Shown here one piece after another: positions 13,402-25,297 of a stretch of 64,000 nt of DNA (its first letter is position 1; every line of letters begins with the position of its first letter). The DNA is from Phoronis australis (taxonomy: Eukaryota; Animalia; Phoronida). Location of the stretch: NCBI GenBank assembly GCA_002633005.1, contig NMRA01000317.1, forward strand, positions 423,366-487,365, written 5' to 3'. Both the position numbers and the translations under genes were made by a program. The notes under the pieces are model-generated. The model was not told the origin of the DNA. It did not search any database and saw only the letters and a list, made by a program, of their open reading frames with translations.

Positions 13402-14068
13402 ATATAGATTATTACATGGCGAAGTCATTATCCCCCGTTATCTAGAGCCCGAGTGGATTTTGGAGAATTATCGCCCGAGGGGCGTTAGCCCCGAGGATGA
13501 TAATTCTACGAAATCTACGAGGGCTCTGAATAAGGGGGATAACAACTGAAAACATGACTGTAATAATCTATTTATACCATATAATGAACGAGAAACATTG
13601 CAAAGAATCGATCTACCTCGGCTTTTGTAATTACTTTCTCTGTCAGAGGTCCGGGTCTGAGATCGTGACCTTTTAAGAAAAACCGAGCTATTTTTGTCAA
13701 ATAACGCTTTTGCTCAAAACCAATTGAAAATTTAAACAAAATGGAAATAAAGTGAATCTATAAATTAGGTTTAGCAACTATTATAGCTTACTACACTACG
13801 TCTTACTTTTCATAGCATATACATGTTGGAACAATGCCCTTTGCTGAAAATGCGATTGTTGCGCGTGCTCATTTAAGTATTCTATTTTCATGTGCGATGA
13901 CGTCAGCCGCTGAGTGGTGTAGTAGTAAAGTCGGCGACTAGAAACTCTTGAGGCCCGGGTTCGAAACAGGCCTCGGTTTCCCGCCAAAATGTTATCTCAC
14001 TAGTGAGATAACTTTGTGGGTTATTACACGGTTGTATCTGCCATTCGACGATAAAATTGTGGTACAAT
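13402..14068 (+). mobile_element. Hairpin/tRNA-like non-autonomous element, copy 1 (about 190 bp internal deletion)
   Basis: Co-linear with 22215-23010 and 23011-23883. It has the 5' hairpin (13402-13578), a tRNA-like A/B-box segment (~13906-13980) and the palindrome gttatctcactagtgagataac (13991-14012). Confidence 0.85.
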
Positions 14069-14847
14069 AGCACTTACATGAAAAAACTGCTGTGCAAAAA
14101 ATTAACCATAGCACAAAAAATTAATACATCAGCGAAAATTTAACCTGCAGAACAAACAAGCGTTGCAGAAATGAATTTCACGTGCCAGGGAAACGTGACC
14201 ACTAAGGCGCATGATTCGATCCCCGCAGGTACGAAACATTTCCCATGAGTTATTTATGTATGCATGACTATAAAAAGTCCTGGTTCATGTTTAGTCTAAT
14301 ATGAAGAGAAACTGCCGGTTTTGAATAGTTATTTTTTAGTCCTGCACCGAATGGACTTTATTCTTTTTAACAGAAAAAAAGTGTTTTTGATTTTTCCGTT
14401 TGGACTTTCCATACTAGACACGCACGTGTGTCCTGATCATAGCGACAGCACAGAGCTGCTTGTGTTCGTCTTGTTAACACGACCCTTCTCGGCGAAACTT
14501 ACGGCTACCACTGTTTTACAATGATTTATTCTCCACCAATTCATATGGAAGAAACGAGTGTTAAATGTCATGTAAGATTAGATAGACTATGTCCGTGGAG
14601 CCGATGTAAGTTATGATGAAGTAGTCAGATAGTCTCGAACAACATCTTATGTTTTTGAGAGATGGCACTTCCATCTACTACAAACTGGGACTGATAACTT
14701 TTGGAAACAATAGATAGTTCCGACGTGTATTCCAGACCATCAGGGCTCTGGAACTGTAAATGCACTGCGATCGCCCATCTTGGCCCACAAACATTCGTTG
14801 CTAACAAAAGCTGAAAGATGTTTTTACGACGAGCTTAGGACACTTAA

Positions 14848-15183
14848 AAGGATACCAAACCCAGCCTATTAACAGATACTAAAACACACACTTTCACATC
14901 CAGTTCTCTGAAACGAAATAATGCTCTGTTATCCTCGACAATCCACTTAACTTTGGAGAAAAATTTGAAAACTCTTTTCAAAGTCTGCTACGGGCATACG
15001 TTTTTAGCTTATTACACGGCAACTGTGGGAAAAGAATACCCACCAAGGATCAATGTGTGATACAAAGAGTATGAGTTTTTAGTTGATTCCTGCCTTTAAC
15101 TTGGACGGTTGTCGCCAATGATGAATTAGCAGGTGACAGAACGAGAATTGGTTGAAACCAACAAAACAAGGTTTAGTGTCCTT
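14848..15183. mobile_element. Kolobok-type MITE (TTAA target)
   Basis: TTAA|aaggataccaaacc ... ggtttagtgtcctt|TTAA: near-perfect TIR with TTAA on both sides. Confidence 0.7.
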
Positions 15184-15802
15184 TTAAGTACAGAGCTGGT
15201 CAATCGGATTCACGGAGAACAAATTAGAATTTAATACTGCTTGTTGCACATCGACGCGGCATAGCTCAAGATTTGGCCAATATCCGCCCGGGAATATACG
15301 TCAGAGTAAACAATCCTAAAGGGATGTAAATTCATCGTTCTAATTTTCTTTTCTTTACTAGTATCCGATGTAATTGCCAGCAGTAAATATATGGAACATG
15401 TGCGGGAGACACTACATATGATGGTCTACAATATTCATTCACTCCTAAGCCAATGCATCCCCAATGGCCACCAACAAGAATGTACGCTGTCTAATCGCGA
15501 AAAGGCAACTTTTCCTCGTCGCCAGTTGTGCTATGGGGCAGCTTACAAGCACACAAAATCGTTTCATCGAACTTAGTGCGCACCGCAAAACAACCACGGT
15601 ACTTAGCTGTTTGAGTCAATCTGACCTGAATGAAAACCAGCAGAGTGAGTAATCTATGAACGGACTCAAACTTGGGGAATCGCAGATATACTGCTGTGTG
15701 CAACAGCTATTTTCCCACTAGACTCTTCCATATCTGTAACAGTTTCAGTGAAACGTCATCGAGAACACATTGAAAAGAATTTGTTGTTTCATTTAGTGCA
15801 GA

Positions 15803-16620
15803 ATTAGTATTAGTATTTATTTATTATAGTGACAAGTACAATTAAATTAAACAGTTATAAGTATAACATTCGTAAGAAAGATAAGTACCCGGCCCAGTTG
15901 GGCTTATTAGTCACTTTAACCACACAACACAGATGTAGGCCTACCATAAATGCGTCGGTTTCTAAGTTCAAAAGCAGACTCGATGTATTTGGCAAATTGC
16001 ATAGGGAAATACTGAAATAGCAGTTTTAACGTATCTAATCTACGGAAATCTACAAAGTTCGGCATTTGAAGTGAAACATTATTAAACAGAATAGACCCCC
16101 GTGAGTTATAAAGAGAACAATCAGCCAGAGTCACAACACAAGCAAAGTCTTTCACTTACAGGAGTGTTTACATAACGACCAGTTTCCAAGTGCAATGGGA
16201 GATTTTCTGCTCTAAGGTGAGCCAGAAGAGACCGCTCGAAACGAGTTAAATTAATCTTTAAATACGGCTCAGTTAAAAACTCGTGCTTAAATAAAATGTA
16301 GGTTCTTAACTTGGGTTTAGTTACAACAGATTCAGCCCAAGCATGTTTCGCGTATTCAAATAGTTTGTTTCTAGCATCTATTATGTTACAAGTAGTCAAA
16401 TTTTGAAAACAGGATTGCATGCCAGTTATGTTAAACAAATTTTTGATTCCGTCTATCCAACCCTTTCTACCAACAGAGTAATCCCATAGAAATACCTTCT
16501 TCAGTAACCTATCACTACCTGTGGTTACCAGTTTATTCCAAAGACGCAGCATATTCAATTTAAATTTATTTCCGGTGGAGTCCCACCCCATATCGCCACT
16601 AACAGCATGAGTGGCTATAA
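15803..16620 (-). mobile_element. 5'-truncated non-LTR retrotransposon (LINE, RTE-X-like ORF2 C-terminus and 3' tail)
   Basis: Minus-strand ORF with GDMGW, KLRTY..FK....EPYL, LR...L.LETGRY and RLCLCC, typical of the LINE ORF2 C-terminal Cys region. It ends in an aataaataaatactaatactaa tail near 15803-15828. Clade assignment is inference. Confidence 0.8.
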
Positions 16621-17220
16621 AGCTGAGACTTCTGCAACTATAGTGGGCGTGGCCTGTCGTCGTTTGTCGAAGCTATCCATTTCTCACACCTATCGTTTGA
16701 GTGTTTTTTTTCTGCCGTCAAAGCCAATTCGTTTTGTTATGAAACCCACTAGACTACAATTATTGATTATCAATTTACACCACGTGGTAAAAGAATTTTT
16801 TTGAAGTGCATGTATCAATTCCCTGTTGCCGTTATTAATTCTTTATCAATTCTAACGGTGTTGCTAGCATCGTCTGCACATATCCTAACGTAGGGTCCAC
16901 AATGATGGATCAAAGATGTCGCGGTGGAGTCCATAATTTTTAAAGGACAAATCGTCAAAGATTCACATAAATGTCACAAATTCCGGATGTCATTGAGGGT
17001 AAGCCATAAGGATGGAGAATTCAACGGACTATTTGGAAAACACAAATACAGTCCCTTCAACAAAGTTGAAATCTAACCTTCATTGCAAACAATGTTGTCC
17101 TTTACGAAATCTGTAAGCGGATGCAATAGAACAGCTGTCATTGCGAACATACGTAGACATGAGAATGCAAACGTATTAACGCGTGCCCGATTTGTTCGAT
17201 TTCAAAAGCAGTAGTTAATG

Positions 17221-17310
17221 GCGGACTTGGGATGCCACAAAGGAGGCCCACGTACAGAGCCAATAGCGGACCTAGGATGCCAAAAAGGAGACCCAAGTAC
17301 AGTGCACAAT
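17221..17310. repeat. Tandem duplication, 2 x 45 bp (diverged)
   Basis: gcggacttgggatgccacaaaggaggcccacgtacagagccaata followed by gcggacctaggatgccaaaaaggagacccaagtacagtgc. Confidence 0.8.
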
Positions 17311-20300
17311 TATCTAATGAAAGTGTTAGCGCCATCCCTATAGAGAGAGCAAACCTGGCGGCGTTGTTTTTGGCCGTATACACGGGGCTTCTTGGCACCC
17401 GATAAAGTCCGACATTGTTAGCAACGTGTAAATCCTAGCGGATTTACCAAAGGTTGTATATCTCTGTAGTAATATAAATTGCATATATCTGCATGCCATA
17501 GTCTGTGCAATGTTTGATTTTAACAACGTAATTGTCAAATCATATAGTAACGATACAATACAGTTCTGTAACCTTTGACCTTGGATAACTAGTAAACAAA
17601 TTTCCTTGCAGTTGAAGGTGATTCTGCTTAATCCTTTTTTCCTACTGCACCGTATAAGTTTCTTGTTTGAAGTTGGTACACATATGTGAAATATTGAAAA
17701 ACGACCAATTTTTGTGAATTAGGTTTGAGATATCCTTAGACCTTGAGTTGAAGTGAAAGGGAATTCTACTGCGAAAGGAATTCTGTTTAATAACATGTAC
17801 CATTGATAAAACTTTAAATTATATCTCTCCTTAGAAAGAAAATGTACCCACGCATAACACACGAAAAAATAACCACGTCTAAATAGCATATCATCTGTAC
17901 TCTCGCAGTCTCCCGGACTAAGTAATAAAAGCAGGCGGCGACACTAACAACCAGTATATATTAGTTACTTAATTGGGTAAAAACGATACTATAAACATTT
18001 AGAAGTGCGTATCAATTTCCTCTATTGTCAATTGTATTTCATGACCAAATCAAAACTGTTGCTAGGCAATGCGAGGATGATTTTGAATTGAACGAGTGAG
18101 CAGCACTATGATCGACGCTCATTCACACGAATGACTTATGATTCCGTGAGTTTATGCAAAACGCTTGTCTTGCCCTAGACAAAGTTTCGCAATTTACAAC
18201 CAGTGCTATAAAAGTGACGACATGTTAAGCAATCGACATTAATTACTTGCTTTGCAACTGACAACTGACCTCGGTTTGAACACTTTCATGAAATGGTGTT
18301 TCTCGTAATGGTGAAAAGGGATTCAGTAACCACTCTTGGTTTGTGTTAAAGTACCAGATGCGCAAATGGATTCCGGGCCTACTTTAATTACGGTTACAGG
18401 GTACAAGCTGAACGAAAGACTTTCGTTTGTGTTCCTAATAATTACCTAGTTTACACTTCAAAGAATACATTGGATACTTGTTCACAATTCTCCAATCTGC
18501 TTAACCTTCCCAAAGGTATTTCATTAGCACAAACTTCAGTGGTCTCAAAATATCACCAGGTAGCACCTTTCTACCAATAAAAATACATTAGCGGCAAGGT
18601 CCGTTTTTAGCAACGAAGCGAAACTTCCCGGACACGTGTCTAATTCAAAATTAATGACAAGTACAATATTGGGGTTAATTTGTCAATCTTCCTGATTGTA
18701 GCAATACATACCATCAAAGGTCTTTTGCATGAAAAGTCAGAAATTTTGTCTCGCGCTCCAAACAACGGTTTTAGAAAATAATTAATTCTCACTTGACATA
18801 AATGCTAGTTACTGAAATAATTCCAGTTAATTATTTCTAGACTGTCATACTGTCATAATTACCTGGTTAAACGTTTTTTTTTCAGCAATTGTGATGCGGG
18901 AGCGAAAGACCGAATTTCTATCTTAATTCTTAAGTCATTTTCATAAGCCAGACCACAGGGCCCAATTTATTGGATGTAAAGCCCTTACACTGAGTCAGTG
19001 AAATAAACGCATTACCCGTCTCCGAAGTAGAATAATTGTAACTTTAAGCACTGCTGTATGTGTTTAACATGCAGGCAAAATGTTGACAGTTTGAACTGAA
19101 CGGTAAAACAAACTACTGGCGTCAAGTGAAGGTTCTCATACAGGATGATAGATAAGTAATAACTAGAGAATGTACTTTTATTACTGAGAATGTAACTTGA
19201 GAAGTATTGAATATGAAAGACATGATAATTCCTTGGTCTTGTGGAGACACACATCAAAAACAATGTTTTGCTAATCTGTGGAAGGTGTGTAACTGCTTGT
19301 ATTCTAAAGACCAATACGTGACATGTAGATTGACATCTACTTTCATCCTAATGTTATCGATACTCCAAGGACCCAAGTAGTGTATAAGAAGAGGAGAACG
19401 TGTCATCTCCCACGATGGGTGTTTTGAAGTCGTATTTACTGCAAATGTTCGACAAAAAGATTTTTTGCGTTGACACTTTTTGGAGTCTCAATGAGTGTTT
19501 CATACCAACGGATGGACTACAGTTAGACAATGGTCATTATCAAAGTATTGCAGTTCTTTATTTATAGTTAGCGCAAGACTGTATGTTTGCTACACTGTCT
19601 ATTGGCCGTTATGGTGAATTCGCTTTCAGCAAGTTTGATATCATTTCATTTCTTATGAAAGACTGAAAAATTCTTATTGCTTGAGGCTGTGCTCAACCCG
19701 TAAAATTACCCGCCGGGTCAAGCCAACCGCGAAAAAAACACGCATAAGCTTTTAATTTTCCCACAAAGCGTTGGTCTCTTCTTTGTTAACTAATCGTATA
19801 CGCGTATCAACGGGGTACATTTTCAGTGGCAAAAATGGAGAAATGATAGTTGCGACAGACGCATAGTTAGGCCACGCCTATCTAGTTACTTTTGCGAAGT
19901 TCCAGAAGTGCAAAGGCAATGTTGCCCACAGCAAGCGTGCTGCAAGAGCAACAGAAGGTAACCCAAATTTTACTGAAACTGTTCCCGTACAGAACAGCAT
20001 TATCAAAATGGAACTTGGTGGAGCAAATGAACTGATGCGCGCAGGCGCATAATTTTTATCCGCTACTCCAAACCTTTGAGCCCATTCGTAGATTACGGCA
20101 ACTCCTTGGCACAGCAAGAGTCATCCATGCGGTAGTCTTATCGATTCTTACCAAGCCCCTACATGGTTTGCGTTGTACTCTAATGTTTGGAGACAACATT
20201 AAAAACACCAGTAAAGTATTTCGCAGCAAAAATGAGGGCGGGAAAATTACTTACAGGGCAATTATACTGCACTTAAAGGTGGTGGTCTAGTGTTGAGTGT

Positions 20301-20935
20301 TTTAGGTTGTCTGTGAGACCTCATTTCACGCTGTCGTCCACATATGTTGCAACTTATTTAATTGTTAATTCACACTGGATACAATTAAAAAAAATAAAAT
20401 GAAAATACAAAAGGCGAACTACTTTGTGTTTGTTTATCAATAGATAACAATCTATGATTTATCCAGAAGTATATTCATCTGATCGTGAAGTCTACTACTA
20501 CACGTATCCTCGAAAGGCACGTGTCCTCTCTTTTTTCTCTTTACATCGTTGATCTGCTGTCCAAGAGTTCCAAGCTTCTGGAAATCATCGTTCGCAACAA
20601 TTCTTCATGGGACAAAGATGGCACTTACATGTTAACGCAAACTAATTGCCTTAATCGACATGTCAGAACTATTCATTATAAATACTACTTTTTAGATATT
20701 ATGATTGGACAGAGATATGTGTACGATAAACAGTTTTTTTTTGTCCCAAGTGCTAGATTAGGCAGATGACTGATATTAATATCGCCTGATAGTTGGTTAG
20801 CATCCCATGATTAACATGTGCGCTCAGCTGTAGTGTCCGCAAAGGGCCAATGAGATGAACAGGAGGCACGCTAGAAAATATTTACTAGCCCACAATGCTT
20901 AATTGAAGTATTGGCGTGCAATGTGGTGTCAGAAA

Positions 20936-21073
20936 TAGAGAGGGAGTGTGAGAGGGAGAGGGAGAGAGGGAGGGTGAGAGAGAGAGAGAGAGAGACGGAG
21001 AGGGAGAGGGAGAGAGGGAGGGTGAGAGAGAGAGAGAGCGACGGAGAGGGAGAGGGAGAGAGGGAGGGAGAGG
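20936..21073. repeat. Polypurine (GA)n/(GGGAGA)n microsatellite
   Basis: Directly visible, with a higher-order duplication of a ~45-bp block. Confidence 0.95.
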
Positions 21074-21799
21074 AATGTAAATACTGAATTAAAATAAATA
21101 TTCAGATTTCGTTCTAGAGGTCTGTGCCTGCTATGAAAAGGACCACCTTTTCGTAAAGAAATAAATAAGTATGAAAATAACTAAATAGATTATGCACAAA
21201 CGAATAAATAATGCAGGTTAATAAAATCATTACAAGATAAATTATTTCGCGAATGTTTACAAATCTCTGTGTCGGATTTCTTACTCTACAATAAGACCCT
21301 CCAAATCAAAAGTTTTCTTCTCGTGTGTCCTACCAGGGTAGTAACTACCATAACTTTCAGTCTCTAATTGTGAGTATAGGATTGACTTGACCGTTTTTTC
21401 TTCACTATAGTTTGACCATGTAGTGAAAATAAAATGTCTTTCCCACTATGAAAGAAAGACAATGAAATCGATGGCTTTCAACCTCCCTCTTTGGCTAATG
21501 CCGGTGCGGGGGTTAATCAGTCGCCGTGTGGTTATTTTACAGACGGTTAATTTAAGCGGAAAGCTAGTTGCATACGAAGATATGGACCGACAGAAGTAAT
21601 CAATTCGATGTTACGTCATTAAATTACCGTCCATAAGATGCGAGATCGATGTTCGTTGTTCACATTTAATAGCAAAAAAAAAAAACAAAAACAAACGGGA
21701 CGCATTTATGCACACAAGGCAACATTTCTCGTTCAAGGCCATCAATGCGTCCAATTTACTATTTATTTCTACCTCATTTTACTTATCACGGACTCCAGC

Positions 21800-22210
21800 T
21801 CTTGCTCAAAAGCAACTGTAGGCCTATTGGTCAAATGTGGAATTTATTCGCTCTATGCAAAGTACTACGTCACACGTGTAAAATATTGGCTAAAGTTGTT
21901 GAAAATGCCACCTACTAGATGCGCTAAAGCGGCTTATGACATGTTAGAGCTGATTTAGATCGGAATGGAAGAAATACTTGGTATCTTCTGTTAAAAAATG
22001 GCTATCAAAATACGTTTTTATGAAGTTTGGTTGAATCATGGTGGGTAGGCACGCGAAAGTGGAATATTATAATAGATTATGTTTGATTTGCAATGATGGT
22101 CTTGTAGAGGATGAATACCAATTACTGTTGATTTGCAAGGGATATTGTGAACTTCGGTCACGCTTTATGAAAGAAGTTCAATGGAAGCATCCAACTCAAG
22201 AATCCTGTAT
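21800..22210 (+). mobile_element. Decayed LINE ORF2 C-terminal fragment
   Basis: Frameshifted translations KYWLKLLKM...CAKAAYDML and RLCLICN.GLVEDEYQLLLIC..Y.ELRSRF match the LINE C-terminal Cys-rich motif. It is interrupted by the tandem element at 22215-23883. Confidence 0.7.
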
Positions 22211-22214
22211 ATAT

Positions 22215-23010
22215 GTACAGATTATTACATGGCGAAGTCGTTATCCCCCGTTATCTAGAGCCCGAGTGGATTTTGGAGAATTATCGCCCGAGGGGCGTTA
22301 CTATTTATACCACATATAGAACGAGAGACATTGCAATGAATCGATCTACCTTTCTCGACTCGCTTCGGCTTTGTAACTACTTTCTATGTCAGAGGCCCGG
22401 GGTCGGAGGTCGTGACCTTTTAAGAAAAGCCGAGATATTTTTGTAAGATAATGCTTTACTCAAAACCAATTGAAAAATAAAACAAACTAGAAATGAAGTG
22501 AACCTATAAATTAAGGTTTAGCAACTGTTATAGCTTACAACACATTTTATCACGCCAAGCTTTGACCGGGAATATATCGTCTGCTAAAGTAGGTTACCAC
22601 TAGTAACTGACTATAATGCTCAAGTCAAAGGATCCCGAGCACACGACACCTGCATTCAAATTGGAGATCGGTGATTTACAAGTGAGAGAACACGAGAGAA
22701 AAATTTCACTGAATTAAAATGTCGTTTTTATGGAAATTATGCGTCCTATTTTTCATAGCGTATAATTGTCGGTGCAATGCCCTTTGCTGAACATGCGATT
22801 GTTGCGCGTGCTCATCTAACCATTCTATTTTCACGTTCGATAACGTCATCCGCTGAGTTGTGTAGTGGTAAAGTCGGCGACTCGCAACTGTTGAGGCCTG
22901 GGTTCGAATCCGGCCTCGGTTTCCCGCCAAAATGTTATCTCACTAGTGAGATAACTTTATGGGTTATTAAACGGTTGTATCTGCCATTCGAGGCTAATAT
23001 TGTGGTATAA
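22215..23010 (+). mobile_element. Hairpin/tRNA-like element, copy 2 (right arm of 5' hairpin deleted)
   Basis: Co-linear with copies 1 and 3. It jumps from ggcgtta to ctatttatacc at ~22300. tRNA-like segment ~22851-22920 (tgtagtggt ... ggttcgaatcc) and palindrome at 22934-22955. Confidence 0.88.
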
Positions 23011-23883
23011 ATATAGATTATTACATGGCGAAGTCGTTATTCCCCTGTTATCTAGAGCCCGAGTGGATTTTGGAGAATTATCGCCCGAGGGGCGTTAACC
23101 CCGAGGGTGATAATTTTCCAAAATCCACGAGGGCTATAGTTAAGGGGGATAACGGCTGAGAACATGTAATAATCTATATTTATACCACATACTAAACGAG
23201 AAACATTGCAATGAATCGATTTACCTTTTCTGACTCTCCACGTCTTTGTAACTACTTTCTATGTCAGAGGCCCGGGGTCGGAGGTCGTGGCCTTTTAAGA
23301 AAAGCCGGGCTATTTTTGTCAAATAATGCTTTTACTCAAAACCAATTGAAAACTTAAATATAATAGAAATAAATTGAATTTATAAATTAAGGTTTACCAA
23401 CTATTATAGCTTAAAACACGTTTTTTTCACGCAAAGCTTCAATCGGGAAATTATCGTCTGCTAAAGTAGGTCACCACTGGTAACTGAATATAATTCTCAA
23501 GTCAAAGATCCTGACGACACGATACCCGATACTGTAGATCGGTGATTTATAAGTAAGAGGACATGAGAGAAATTTTCACTGAAGTAAGATATCATTTTAT
23601 GGAAATTATGTGTCTTATTTTTCGTAACGTATAAGTACAGTACAATGCGGTTTGTTGAACGTGCGATTATTGCGCGTGCTGATTTAAGTATTCTATTTTC
23701 ACTCTTGATGACGTCAGCCGCTGCATGGTGTAGTGGTTGAGTCGGCGACCAGCAATTTCAGGGTCCCGGGTTCGACTCCGTCCTCGGTTTCCCGCCAAAT
23801 CGTTATCTCACTAGTGAGATAACTTTATGGGTTATTACACGGTTGTATCTGCCATTTGACGCTAATATTGTGGTATAAATATC
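23011..23883 (+). mobile_element. Hairpin/tRNA-like element, copy 3 (most complete), head-to-tail with copy 2
   Basis: Starts atatagattattacatgg directly after the end of copy 2 and ends tgtggtataaatat. Full hairpin 23011-23180, tRNA-like segment ~23717-23790, palindrome 23802-23823. Confidence 0.9.
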
Positions 23884-25159
23884 TGTTATTAAATTGTGTA
23901 TTCTTCCTTTAAAAGAAAAGAACAACTCTTACATGGATTGACTGCGTGTTCGTGCTTGTTTAATTTTTGTTCATTGTACTCTGAGCAAGAGGCCTTCAAT
24001 ACCAATAAACGTATGATTGAGACAATAAGTCCAAATATAAAAGCCTGAAAAATTCAGGATATTGGTGAACTTGTGAAACGTAAACACTCCCTGTTTTGTG
24101 TCTGTGTTTACGAAAACACTCTTCTCCCTAACATTGTTGACCTTGCTTCTACACGCATAGCATCGTTCAATCACTAAGCGACGCTCACAGTCAGGCCACA
24201 ATGCAATGTTTACGCCTATGTTTTGGGAAGAAATGGAGCGATCTTAGCAAGCGTTGCAGAAAATATTCAGCTCAAGAAATGCAACGCATTCGGGATAGTC
24301 TTTGAAGTGTTTAAACCCTCCGCTTACCTGATTTTCACCAGTAACTACACGATCAGCATCATTTCTAATACACAACCGTGACTTCAATATCCCCAAATCC
24401 GAAAATGGAATAAAAACGACATATCACATTTACAAAGAATTTCAAAGCAGGCTTCTCAGGTTAAGACCCATGGCTAATGATTGGGGAATCTGCTAAATTT
24501 AGGCTCATTGGCCTAATTTCGGATCCACAATTGAAAATTCTGCAGTCTGCAAGGTTGCCCAAAATGTGAAAGCGAACACCTTTCTGAGAATCAGGACGTC
24601 ATTTCAGCTTGTTTTGGCATATATACAAAGCAAAGCAAAACAAAACAAAACAAAATTAACTGTTTTCTGTTTATTGGGCTCCTTTTCCGCACAATCGCAA
24701 TTTTAGAAGCGCGCCTGAGTCAATAGTTCATGGGCCAATACGTAAGTCCACGGTTCCGCCGCCATCTTGAATGTTTACTTTAATAGATTAAAAATGCATT
24801 TCCCATGTAAATGGGCGAGTAAGTAAGGTCAGTTCAATACCAACATTTTTGGAAAGATATTTTCTTGATTGTGAAAAGGTTGCAATTTTGCCATTTCCAA
24901 CACATTCAAGATTGTCACGAAGCCTTTTTTCTTCCTGAGAACCACCTATGATCAATTTTGGATCGCATTGTAAAATGCCGATGTTGTTTACTTTGCAAGG
25001 TCGGTAACCTCTCCAAGATCAATATTTATATTGTTAGTTAGCCCCCGATATAAAGACAATGCAAGTCTTAAAATAATTCATTTAAATCACTATAATCGCA
25101 AGTTATATCTATCACTAATCACCCTGGCATCGGTTGACCTGTGAAACCGAGATCCATTC

Positions 25160-25297
25160 CTGCACTTGATTGACTTCGCCGGTTCCGCTGGGTCAACCGA
25201 CTAAGACATGTGCTAAGGACGGAAGCCGGAAGTCGTCATCCAGAAGCAATCACGTCTGGCAGCCGGTTGACCCAACGCAACCAGTGAAGTCGATCGA
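25160..25297. mobile_element. MITE family B copy
   Basis: Fold-back structure ttgacttcgccggtt..ggtcaaccg ... cggttgacc..aaccagtgaagtcga, homologous to 58635-58765. Confidence 0.65.

Noticed and set aside
13906-13985. Functional tRNA gene
   Set aside because: Stems are imperfect, anticodon loops differ among the three copies, and it is embedded in a repeat. Treated as a tRNA-derived module.
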